7,555 nt of DNA from a virus (lineage: Duplodnaviria; Heunggongvirae; Uroviricota; Caudoviricetes), in IMG/VR virus record IMGVR_UViG_2744054979_000007. One strand, 5' to 3'. Position 1 is the first letter of the stretch, and each line of letters starts with the position of its first letter. The notes under the pieces were generated by a model. That model saw only the letters and a program-made list of their open reading frames with translations. It did no database searches and was not told where the DNA came from. Shown one piece after another: positions 1-6,451 of the stretch. Position numbers and translations under genes: made by a program.

Positions 1-43
1 TTCTGAACCGGACACTGAAATACCGCCGGGATTCAGGGGGTGA
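1..43 (+). CDS. 3' end of an upstream gene (partial), possibly the replication initiator that precedes the DnaC-like gene; frame ambiguous
   Basis: Frame 2 is open from position 2 to TGA at 41-43. Frame 3 is also open and ends at TGA 51-53, forming an ATGA overlap with the next start. An AGGGGG Shine-Dalgarno for the next gene sits at 35-40. Too short to identify. Confidence 0.25.
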   Translation, partial: SEPDTEIPPGFRG

Positions 44-49
44 CGTGTC

Positions 50-796
50 ATGAAAAACATTGCGGCAGTTGGGGTTCTTGAACGTATTCGCAGACTTGCA
101 CCACAGGGGTCGGTTCCACCGTACCGGACGGTGGAGGAGTGGCGGGAATGGCAACTTGCTGAAGGACGAAAACGCAGCGAGGAGATTAACCGCCAGAATC
201 GCCAGTTGCGGGTGGAAAAAATCCTGAATCGTTCGGGCATCCAGCCTCTGCACAGCAAATGCTCGTTTGCAAATTATCAGGTGCAGAACGACGGGCAAAA
301 ATACGCGCTGAGCCAGGCCAAATCCATAGCTGACGAACTGATGACCGGGTGCACGAATTTTGTGTTCAGCGGTAAAACCGGCACCGGGAAAAATCACCTT
401 GCAGCGGCGATGGGCAACCGGCTGATGGTGAAGGGGCGCAGCGTGATTATCGTCACCGTGTCTGACGTCATGAGCGTGTTGCATGACAGCTACGACAACG
501 GCAAATCCGGGGAAAAATTTTTACAGGAGCTTTGCGGGGTTGATTTGCTGGTCCTGGATGAAATAGGCGTTCAGCGGGAGACGAAAAACGAGCAGGTGGT
601 ATTGCACCAGATAATTGATCGCCGGACAGCATCACTGTGCAGTGTCGGGATGTTAACAAACCTGAATCATGCCGCAATGAGTACGCTTCTTGGTGAGAGG
701 ATTATGGACCGCATGACCATGAACGGTGGTCGATGGGTGACGTTTAACTGGGATAGCTGGCGTCCAAATGTCAGCAATATGAGGGTTGTGAAGTAA
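50..796 (+). CDS. DnaC-like replicative helicase loader (phage replication protein, AAA+ ATPase)
   Basis: 248 aa ORF with ATG at 50 and AGGGGG 9 nt upstream. Walker A-like FSGKTGTGKNHLAAA and Walker B LLVLDEIG are present, and the protein aligns by eye along its length with my recollection of E. coli DnaC (GKPGTGKNHLAAA, DLLVIDEIG, GMLTN, LGERVMDRM, FNWDSYR). Confidence 0.9.
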   Translation: MKNIAAVGVLERIRRLAPQGSVPPYRTVEEWREWQLAEGRKRSEEINRQNRQLRVEKILNRSGIQPLHSKCSFANYQVQNDGQKYALSQAKSIADELMTGCTNFVFSGKTGTGKNHLAAAMGNRLMVKGRSVIIVTVSDVMSVLHDSYDNGKSGEKFLQELCGVDLLVLDEIGVQRETKNEQVVLHQIIDRRTASLCSVGMLTNLNHAAMSTLLGERIMDRMTMNGGRWVTFNWDSWRPNVSNMRVVK

Positions 797-817
797 TTTT
801 GTCCGGAGGAAATTTTA

Positions 818-1588
818 ATGGAAACCGTATCTGACGCACTGAAAGCACTGAAAAAAGCCTCTTCACATGTGGTGGCAGCTCGCCTTGGAATCAGTCGTGA
901 AGAGGCTGTCAACGAGCTGTGGGAACTCAAAAGAAAAGGCGTCGTTGATAAAACTGGTCACACCTGGTTTCTGGCTGGCGAAGGTGAATCCCGGGTAACC
1001 GAAGAGCGGCCAGTAAAATCTGAAGCACAGGATATGCTGACCGGGGAGGTCGAACAAAAAGTTACCGCAGACATGATGATTGAGTTTATCGGTCAGGATG
1101 GGGCTAAAACGTGTGAGGAACTGGCGGGTAAGTTCGGTGTCAGTACTCGCAAGGTTGCTTCCACGCTGGCGGTGGTAACCGCAACGGGGCGGCTGGCACG
1201 CGTTAATCAGAACGGTAAATTTCGTTACTGCATGCCGGGCGATAATTTACCAGCAGAGCCGAAAGCCGCGCTGGTAACGGAAAGTGATGGTAAGGCCTTT
1301 CCTCAGCCAGCAGGTGCTGCGTTACCAGTCCGGGAAGCCGCAACACAGGAAGAAATTAAAACAGAAACTGTGGCGGACATTGTGCAGCCGTTGCCATCGT
1401 TTACCGAAACGCAAGCAGATGAGCTGATTTTTCCGTCCCTTCGCAGGGCAAACCTGGCGCTGCGCAGGGCGAAAAGTGATGTTCAGAAGTGGGAGCGAGT
1501 CTGCGCCGCGCTGCGGGAGCTGAACAAGCACCGGGATATTGTTCGACAGATTACTGATTCTTCCCGCCGTGTTGTATCGGAAAAGTGA
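818..1588 (+). CDS. Hypothetical phage protein with two tandem winged-helix-like segments and a basic, probably coiled-coil C-terminus
   Basis: 256 aa ORF with ATG at 818 and GGAGGA 7 nt upstream. N-terminal segment (ASSHVVAARLGISREEAVNELWELKRKGVV) and a second similar segment (GAKTCEELAGKFGVSTRKVASTLAVVTATGRLARV) both look like helix-turn-helix/winged-helix units. Function not recognisable; its position after the DnaC-like gene resembles ydaW-type genes of Rac-like prophages, but that link is from memory only. Confidence 0.7.
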   Translation: METVSDALKALKKASSHVVAARLGISREEAVNELWELKRKGVVDKTGHTWFLAGEGESRVTEERPVKSEAQDMLTGEVEQKVTADMMIEFIGQDGAKTCEELAGKFGVSTRKVASTLAVVTATGRLARVNQNGKFRYCMPGDNLPAEPKAALVTESDGKAFPQPAGAALPVREAATQEEIKTETVADIVQPLPSFTETQADELIFPSLRRANLALRRAKSDVQKWERVCAALRELNKHRDIVRQITDSSRRVVSEK

Positions 1589-1603
1589 TTGCCGGAGGCG
1601 CTT

Positions 1604-2029
1604 ATGGCAAAAGTATTTACACAAGAAGAGCGGGAAAAAATTAAAGGGCAGGTTGTTGAACTTGTACGTCTGAGCGGTCGCGAGACGTTGCGGCAACTGG
1701 AAGCCAAGACAGGTGCGACAAGATATCTGATGAGTGTTCTCGCCAGAGAGCTGGTTGCCAGTGGCGATGTATACAACTCTGGTTACGGGTTATTCCCGTC
1801 TGAACAGGCGCGTAAGGACTGGCAAAATGCTCGCAAAAAACTCTCAAGGGCAAAGGTGAAGAAACCTGCAGTGGTTGATCCGGACCTTATCTGGTCGTTA
1901 CCAGACGGCGAAATACGCCGCTACGACAGGCGCCTGAATATAATCTGTCGCGAGTGCCGGAAGAGCGAAGCTATGCAGCGTGTACTGGCATTTTATCAAG
2001 GAAATGTTAGGTATTTTAGACGTTACTAG
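1604..2029 (+). CDS. Hypothetical phage protein (N-terminal HTH-like, basic C-terminus)
   Basis: The ORF track starts at TTG 1589, but ATG 1604 has a GGAGG (1594-1598) 5 nt upstream, so 1604 is preferred. Stop at 2027-2029. No recognisable catalytic motif. Confidence 0.65.
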   Translation: MAKVFTQEEREKIKGQVVELVRLSGRETLRQLEAKTGATRYLMSVLARELVASGDVYNSGYGLFPSEQARKDWQNARKKLSRAKVKKPAVVDPDLIWSLPDGEIRRYDRRLNIICRECRKSEAMQRVLAFYQGNVRYFRRY

Positions 2030-2182
2030 ATTAAAGAGCATTAGTTCAGATGTGAATTGACATTTTCATGGCGCAGGGTAGAGCCAGCGTGGTTGTCCGC
2101 TTTGCGTCAAAACCAGATATTACCAGATTTAGACATATATTCCCGATAGCCCTGCTCTGATGCTACACTCTGTGCTATTTTC

Positions 2183-2869
2183 ATGACCCCAATAAAAATA
2201 TTTATGACTATTGCTGATTTCAAACGGCCTAAATTGGAGCTCCCAAACGGGGCAAACAAACTACTACTGCACTCTTGCTGTGCTCCATGTTCCGGTGAAG
2301 TGATGGAGGCGCTTCAGGCCTCGGGAATCGACTACACCATCTTTTTCTACAACCCGAACATTCATCCTCAGAAAGAGTATTTAATTCGTAAGGATGAAAA
2401 TATTCGCTTTGCTGAACAACACGGCGTGCCGTTTATCGATGCTGATTACGACATCGACAACTGGTTTGAACGTGCCAAAGGAATGGAATGGGAGCCTGAG
2501 AGGGGGATCCGTTGTACCATGTGTTTTGACATGCGTTTTGAGCGGACAGCGTTGTACGCTGCTGAAAATGGTTTCAGTGTGATCAGCAGTTCACTGGGCA
2601 TTTCACGCTGGAAAAATATGCAGCAGGTTAACGAGTGTGGGCGGCGAGCTGTTGCGCATTATCCGGGTATGGTGTACTGGGATTATAACTGGCGCAAGCA
2701 GGGCGGCTCGTCCCGTATGATTGAAATCAGCAAGCGCGAAAAATTCTATCAGCAGGAATATTGTGGCTGTGTGTATTCTCTGCGCGATACCAATCTACAC
2801 CGCAAATCTCAGGGACGCCCTCTTATCAAAATTGGCCAACTCCACTACGGAAAAGAAGAGAAGGAGTGA
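2183..2869 (+). CDS. QueH-like (DUF208) Cys-rich metalloprotein, putative cobalamin-independent epoxyqueuosine reductase
   Basis: 228 aa ORF with motifs [16 protein letters not shown] and EYCGC, matching the cysteine pattern I associate with DUF208/QueH. There is no clear Shine-Dalgarno before ATG 2183 or the in-frame ATG 2204, so the start is uncertain. It sits in a non-coding-flanked island (2030-2182 upstream), which looks like a moron insertion. Confidence 0.65.
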   Translation: MTPIKIFMTIADFKRPKLELPNGANKLLLHSCCAPCSGEVMEALQASGIDYTIFFYNPNIHPQKEYLIRKDENIRFAEQHGVPFIDADYDIDNWFERAKGMEWEPERGIRCTMCFDMRFERTALYAAENGFSVISSSLGISRWKNMQQVNECGRRAVAHYPGMVYWDYNWRKQGGSSRMIEISKREKFYQQEYCGCVYSLRDTNLHRKSQGRPLIKIGQLHYGKEEKE

Positions 2870-2901
2870 TTTTATGGATCACCTTTCTGATTGATTTCAT
2901 A

Positions 2902-2930
2902 TTGGCGAGGTGACGTGAGTTAAGTAGAAT
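2902..2930 (+). promoter_or_regulatory. Candidate promoter for the hok mRNA
   Basis: -35 TTGGCG (2902-2907), 17 bp spacer, -10 TAGAAT (2925-2930). The predicted start near 2937 coincides with the 5' element (2935-2948) that is complementary to the mRNA 3' end. Confidence 0.35.
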
Positions 2931-2934
2931 GGCT

Positions 2935-2948
2935 GCGGGTGCTTGAGG
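2935..2948 (+). promoter_or_regulatory. hok mRNA 5' element (tac-like) complementary to the 3' fbi-like element
   Basis: GCGGGTGCTTGAGG (2935-2948) is near-perfectly complementary to CCTCAACGCACCCGC (3312-3326) at the 3' end of the locus, the long-range 5'-3' pairing characteristic of hok-family mRNAs. Confidence 0.5.
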
Positions 2949-3106
2949 CTATCTGTCTCAGGCATGAACACTGAAAGGCAGATAGAGAAAAGCCCCAGTT
3001 AACATTTCGCGTCCTGCAAGACGCTTAACATTAATCTGAGGCCCAATCTATGTCTCACAAATGTAGGTTAGCCTCTTACGTGCCGAAAGGCAAGGGGAAG
3101 CAGGCT

Positions 3107-3262
3107 ATGAAGCAGCAAAAGGCGATGTTAATCGCCCTGATCGTCATCTGTTTAACCGTCATAGTGACGGCACTGGTAACGAGGAAAGACCTCTGCGAGG
3201 TACGACTCCGAACCGGCCAGACGGAGGTCGCTGTCTTCACAGCTTACGAACCTGAGGAGTAA
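3107..3262 (+). CDS. hok: Hok/Gef-family type I toxin (small membrane peptide), HokD/RelF-like
   Basis: 51 aa peptide MKQQKAMLIALIVICLTVIVTALVTRKDLCEVRLRTGQTEVAVFTAYEPEE, nearly identical to the HokD (RelF) sequence as I remember it. The track ORF 3050..3262 is an in-frame upstream extension of 70 aa, possibly corresponding to mok. An antisense Sok RNA is expected opposite the leader but cannot be placed from sequence alone. Confidence 0.9.
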   Translation: MKQQKAMLIALIVICLTVIVTALVTRKDLCEVRLRTGQTEVAVFTAYEPEE

Positions 3263-3311
3263 GAGACCCGGCGGGGGAGAAATCCCTCGCCACCTCTGAT
3301 GTGTCAGGCAT

Positions 3312-3326
3312 CCTCAACGCACCCGC
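3312..3326 (+). promoter_or_regulatory. hok mRNA 3' fbi-like element
   Basis: CCTCAACGCACCCGC is complementary to 2935-2948 with one extra base. Confidence 0.5.
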
Positions 3327-3360
3327 ACTTAACCCGGTTCGGCGGGTTTTGTTTTTTTTT
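3321..3360 (+). terminator. Putative intrinsic terminator of the hok transcript
   Basis: GC-rich arms ACCCGC (3321-3326) and GCGGGT (3342-3347), with an alternative shorter stem CCCG/CGGG at 3333-3346, followed by a T-rich run TTTTGTTTTTTTTT (3347-3360). Confidence 0.55.
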
Positions 3361-3368
3361 GGCATTCT

Positions 3369-3620
3369 GGTTTACAATTAACCGACCTTGCCATCCGGCA
3401 TGGGCGGCGTTCACACGCATTTAAAACCGACTGGTACCAACACCCACCATGTACTGAAGAACAGGCCGAATGGCTAATTCATAACTACCGCAGACGCGGA
3501 TACGAGATTAAGAAAGCCCTCAGCCTCGATTATCGTCACTGGATAATCTCCGTCAGGCTTCCTTACTCTGAACGCCCACCGCGTCCGTCCCGCACATTCC
3601 AGCAACGCATCTGGAGGTAA
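3369..3620 (+). pseudogene. rem-like open frame with no canonical start codon (possible remnant or non-canonical start)
   Basis: The frame is open from 3333 to TAA at 3618-3620 and translates to a protein-like sequence (...TDWYQHPPCTEEQAEWLIHNYRRRGYEIKKALSLDYRHWIISVRLPYSERPPRPSRTFQQRIWR) with no ATG, GTG or TTG in frame. Its stop abuts the GTG start of the next gene (3622). In E. coli K-12 Qin a small gene, rem, lies between hokD and ydfU; the identification here is by position only. Confidence 0.3.
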
Positions 3621-3621
3621 C

Positions 3622-4677
3622 GTGCGGGTATTACTTCGACCTGTTCTGGTACCGGAACTCGGGCTGGTGATCGTTAAGCCGGGCCGTGAATCCATGCCGG
3701 TATTCCACAATACCCGGGTACTGGTGGAGCCGGAACCGAAAAGCATGCGTAATCTGCCGTCCGGGGTCGTTCCTGCCGTTCGCCAGCCGCTGGCGGAGGA
3801 TAAATCATTACTGCCATTTTTCAGCGACGAACGAGTGATTCGTGCTGCTGGTGGCGCTGGCGCATTGTCTGACTGGTTACTGCGCCATGTTAAATCCTGC
3901 CAGTGGCCACACGGCGATTATCACCACAGTGAAACCGTCATTCACCGTTATGGTACCGGCGCAATGGTGTTGTGCTGGCACTGCGACAACCAGCTGCGCG
4001 ACCAGACCTCCGAATCACTCGGGCAACTTGCTCACCAAAACCTGTTTGCATGGATGATTGACGTCATACGCCATGCAATGAATGGCTCGCAGGAACGGGA
4101 ATTATCGCTGGCTGAATTATCCTGGTGGGCGGTCCGCAATCAGGTGGCGGACGCGCTACCGGAAGCGGTATTACGTCGTTCGCTGGGGTTGCGTGCGGAA
4201 AAAATCCGCTCAATGTACCGTGAAAGCGACATCGTACCGGGAGAGCAGACCGCCACCAGCATACTGAAGCAGCGCACAAAAAATCTTGCGCCGCTGCCTC
4301 ACGCCCACCAGCAAAACCCGCCACAGGAAAAGACGGTGGTCAGCATTGCCGTTGATCCGGAGTCACCGGCTCAGTATCTCCAGCGCCAGAAATCACAACG
4401 GGAAGAGATGCCTGTATACACGCGTTGGGTAAAAACGCAGAAATGCATGACGTGTGGCAATCAGGCAGATGATCCGCATCACATCATTGGTCATGGACTG
4501 GGAGGGATGGGAACAAAGGCTGATGATTTGTTTGTTATTCCGCTGTGCCGTAAATGCCATAGCGAACTACACGCCGGGGTAAAAGATTTTGAAGAAAAAC
4601 ACGGCAGCCAGCTGTTGTTGCTGATTCGTTTTTTAATGCACGCGAGAAATTCGGGTGTTCTGAAGTGGAAAGCATAA
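3622..4677 (+). CDS. DUF968 / YdfU-like prophage protein with a C-terminal Cys/His zinc-binding, HNH-like motif
   Basis: 351 aa ORF with GTG start at 3622 and GGAGGT at 3613-3618 (short spacer). C-terminal motif CMTCGNQADDPHHIIGHG...CRKCHSELH. Assignment to the YdfU family of Qin-like prophages is from memory of the N-terminus MRVLLRPVLVPELG. Confidence 0.8.
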   Translation: MRVLLRPVLVPELGLVIVKPGRESMPVFHNTRVLVEPEPKSMRNLPSGVVPAVRQPLAEDKSLLPFFSDERVIRAAGGAGALSDWLLRHVKSCQWPHGDYHHSETVIHRYGTGAMVLCWHCDNQLRDQTSESLGQLAHQNLFAWMIDVIRHAMNGSQERELSLAELSWWAVRNQVADALPEAVLRRSLGLRAEKIRSMYRESDIVPGEQTATSILKQRTKNLAPLPHAHQQNPPQEKTVVSIAVDPESPAQYLQRQKSQREEMPVYTRWVKTQKCMTCGNQADDPHHIIGHGLGGMGTKADDLFVIPLCRKCHSELHAGVKDFEEKHGSQLLLLIRFLMHARNSGVLKWKA

Positions 4678-5058
4678 ATGACTGAACGCATAGAATTTGT
4701 TTTGCCTTACCCGCCAACGGTGAACACTTACTGGCGTCGTCGTGGCAGCACATATTTTGTATCAAAAGCCGGGGAGCGTTATCGCCGGGCAGTGGCGCTT
4801 ATTGTTCGCCAGCAGCGGCTGAAATTAAGCCTGTCCGGAAGGTTGGCAATAAAAATTATTGCAGAACCACCGGATAAGCGCCGCCGTGATCTGGACAATA
4901 TTCTGAAAGCGCCGCTGGATGCGCTGACGCATGCGGGGTTGCTAATGGACGATGAGCAGTTTGATGAAATCAATATCGTTCGTGGTCAGCCAGTATCTGG
5001 TGGACGTCTGGGGGTGAAGATTTACCCCATAATGCATGAAGAGCAGGTCAAAAAATGA
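4678..5058 (+). CDS. rusA: RusA-family Holliday junction resolvase
   Basis: 126 aa ORF whose ATG 4678 directly follows the upstream TAA (4675-4677). The motif PDKRRRDLDNILKAPLDALTHAGL matches the RusA acidic catalytic core (RRRDLDN...DAL), and size and position before Q are typical. Confidence 0.9.
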   Translation: MTERIEFVLPYPPTVNTYWRRRGSTYFVSKAGERYRRAVALIVRQQRLKLSLSGRLAIKIIAEPPDKRRRDLDNILKAPLDALTHAGLLMDDEQFDEINIVRGQPVSGGRLGVKIYPIMHEEQVKK

Positions 5059-5876
5059 AACTGGAAGATTTACCGAAATACTACTCCCCAAAATCCCCCG
5101 GCCTGACTGATGCATCGGCCTCAACGTCGAAAGATGCGCTGAGTATCACTGATGTGATGGCCGCGCAGGGCATGACACAGAATCGGGCTGAGATGGGGTT
5201 TTCTGCGTTCCTGGGGAAAATGGGCATCAGTATGAATGACAGGGCGCGGGCAACAGAATTACTGGCAGATTATGCACTCAGTCGGTGCGATCGTGTGGCG
5301 GCGTTGAGAAAACTTCCGGCAGAAATAAAACCGGTAGTGATGCGCATTATGGCTTCGTACGCTTTTGAGGATTATGCCCGCAGCGCAGCGAGTAAAAAGC
5401 AGTGCCCCTGTTGCCGAGGGGAAAAATTTATTGAAGGCGAAGTTTTTACAAACAAGGTTCAGTATCCGGATGGCAAGCCGCCAGTATGGGCAAAGTGTAC
5501 GAAAGGTGTGTATCCGTCTTACTGGGAAGAATGGAAAAAAATTCGGGAGGTGGTGAAAGTTTCTTGTCCTGAATGTAAAGGGAAGGGGGAGATTTCCACT
5601 GCCTGTAAAGACTGCCGTGGGCGTGGTGTCGCCATTCATCGTGAAGAGTCGGTAAAACGTGGTATGCCTGTTATCAGAGACTGCCAGCGTTGTGGTGGTC
5701 GTGGCTGTGAAAGACTACCATCAACGGAGGCATTTAATGCCATATGCAAAGTGACGAGTGCTATCACGCTTGATACGTGGAAAAAATCAGTGAAACGCTT
5801 TTACGATACGTTGGTGGTTCGGTTTGACATTGAAGAGGCATGGGCGGAGCGGCAGTTAAAGAGGGTAACGCGATAG
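5055..5876 (+). CDS. Late-gene antiterminator Q (long, Cys-rich QuuQ/Q82-like type)
   Basis: 273 aa ORF whose ATG 5055 overlaps the rusA stop as ATGA. Its position immediately upstream of a promoter and short-transcript terminator fits Q. It carries CPCCRGEK, CPECKGKG, CKDCRGRG and CQRCGGRG zinc-finger-like repeats. Confidence 0.8.
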   Translation: MKLEDLPKYYSPKSPGLTDASASTSKDALSITDVMAAQGMTQNRAEMGFSAFLGKMGISMNDRARATELLADYALSRCDRVAALRKLPAEIKPVVMRIMASYAFEDYARSAASKKQCPCCRGEKFIEGEVFTNKVQYPDGKPPVWAKCTKGVYPSYWEEWKKIREVVKVSCPECKGKGEISTACKDCRGRGVAIHREESVKRGMPVIRDCQRCGGRGCERLPSTEAFNAICKVTSAITLDTWKKSVKRFYDTLVVRFDIEEAWAERQLKRVTR

Positions 5877-5881
5877 TGTTG

Positions 5882-5909
5882 TTGATTTTTCCCGAATCTG
5901 TGGTAAATT
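5882..5909 (+). promoter_or_regulatory. Candidate late promoter PR' (with the Q-utilisation region expected nearby)
   Basis: -35 TTGATT (5882-5887), 16 bp spacer, extended -10 TGgTAAATT (5901-5909), beginning just after the Q stop codon (5874-5876). A terminator lies about 50 nt downstream. Confidence 0.45.
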
Positions 5910-5958
5910 TGCTCTAACGATGGGCGTTTTATGCCTGACGTTAGAAGATTTTTTACAC

Positions 5959-5980
5959 CCCGCCGCCTGGCGGGTTTTTT
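5959..5980 (+). terminator. tR'-like intrinsic terminator
   Basis: Perfect stem CCCGCC (5959-5964) / GGCGGG (5969-5974) with loop GCCT, followed by TTTTTT (5975-5980). Confidence 0.6.
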
Positions 5981-6102
5981 ATGACTGAAATCGCGTCAGT
6001 ACAGTAAACGCGCTGGTGGCGGTGAATACCTGTCTTTCAGCTTGCTGGCTTTTTCGACAAGAGTTATTGGTGTGTCACGTTAACCGGAAAAGGGAAAAAG
6101 AC

Positions 6103-6300
6103 ATGCTGAAACAGCAGGATATGACAGAAACCGCCAGAGTGGTGTTTAATGAATTAAGCGTCACCGAACCGGCGACAGCCGGGGAGATTGCGCAGAATAC
6201 TTACCTTTCACGCGAACGCTGCCAGTTAATACTGACCCAGCTGGTTATGGCGGGTCTGGCAGACTATCAGTTCGGTTGTTACAGACGCCTTCCGCAGTGA
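6103..6300 (+). CDS. Small winged-helix/HTH-like putative DNA-binding protein (65 aa)
   Basis: ATG 6103 has AGGGA (6091-6095) 7 nt upstream; the track start GTG 6016 has no ribosome-binding site. The segment ATAGEIAQNTYLSRERCQLILTQLVMAGLA looks like a helix-turn-helix recognition unit. Stop at 6298-6300 lies inside a terminator hairpin. Confidence 0.6.
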   Translation: MLKQQDMTETARVVFNELSVTEPATAGEIAQNTYLSRERCQLILTQLVMAGLADYQFGCYRRLPQ

Positions 6301-6310
6301 AGGCTTTTTT
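6287..6310 (+). terminator. Intrinsic terminator overlapping the stop of the small gene
   Basis: Stem GCCTTC (6287-6292) / GAAGGC (6299-6304) with loop CGCAGT, followed by TTTTTT (6305-6310). Confidence 0.65.
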
Positions 6311-6327
6311 ATTTGTGGTAAATGGGC

Positions 6328-6358
6328 GGCTGGTGGGTGTTAGGGGCACCCACCAGCC
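6328..6358. promoter_or_regulatory. Perfect 12-bp inverted repeat (candidate operator or RNA hairpin) upstream of the methyltransferase gene
   Basis: GGCTGGTGGGTG (6328-6339) and CACCCACCAGCC (6347-6358) are exact reverse complements around a 7-nt loop, with no T-run after. A 10-bp perfect palindrome TTTGCGCAAA (6405-6414) and a direct repeat CCATCTGCT (6357-6365, 6397-6405) lie nearby. Confidence 0.4.
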
Positions 6359-6451
6359 ATCTGCTCATGCGTTGGGGTCACAAGCAAACCTCAGGCCCAT
6401 CTGCTTTGCGCAAAAGCGGTATGAGCCTATCAGAGAAGTGCTTATTGATCT

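Noticed and set aside
468-1057. Minus-strand ORFs 468..677, 667..930 and 863..1057
   Set aside because: They lie antisense within or across the well-supported DnaC-like gene and the next gene, with no ribosome-binding site or recognisable motif; typical shadow ORFs.
1589-1603. TTG start at 1589 for the 1589..2029 ORF
   Set aside because: The GGAGG at 1594-1598 is positioned for ATG 1604, not for TTG 1589, so the shorter form is preferred.
1322-1853. Minus-strand ORFs 1322..1696, 1483..1776 and 1641..1853
   Set aside because: Antisense overlaps of two + strand genes that have good ribosome-binding sites; no independent support.
2394-2582. Internal + strand ORF inside the QueH-like gene
   Set aside because: Out-of-frame overlap fully inside a gene with conserved motifs.
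3050-3106. 70-aa N-terminally extended form of hok as the toxin itself
   Set aside because: The conserved Hok peptide starts at MKQQKAM (3107). The extension is kept only as a possible mok-like regulatory reading frame.
3474-3746. Minus-strand ORF spanning the rem-like frame and the start of the DUF968 gene
   Set aside because: Antisense to a protein-like + strand frame and to the ydfU-like start; no ribosome-binding site.
3842-4765. Internal ORFs 3842..4057 (+), 4082..4267 (+), 4064..4324 (-), 4491..4691 (-) and 4535..4765 (-)
   Set aside because: All nested in or antisense to the DUF968 and rusA genes; no support.
4779-5639. ORFs 4779..4973 (-), 4942..5124 (-), 5259..5639 (-) and 5365..5556 (+)
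   Set aside because: Shadow ORFs within rusA and Q.
6016-6102. GTG 6016 as the start of the small HTH gene (94-aa form)
   Set aside because: No ribosome-binding site, and it would begin only about 35 nt after the tR'-like terminator; ATG 6103 has a good AGGGA site.
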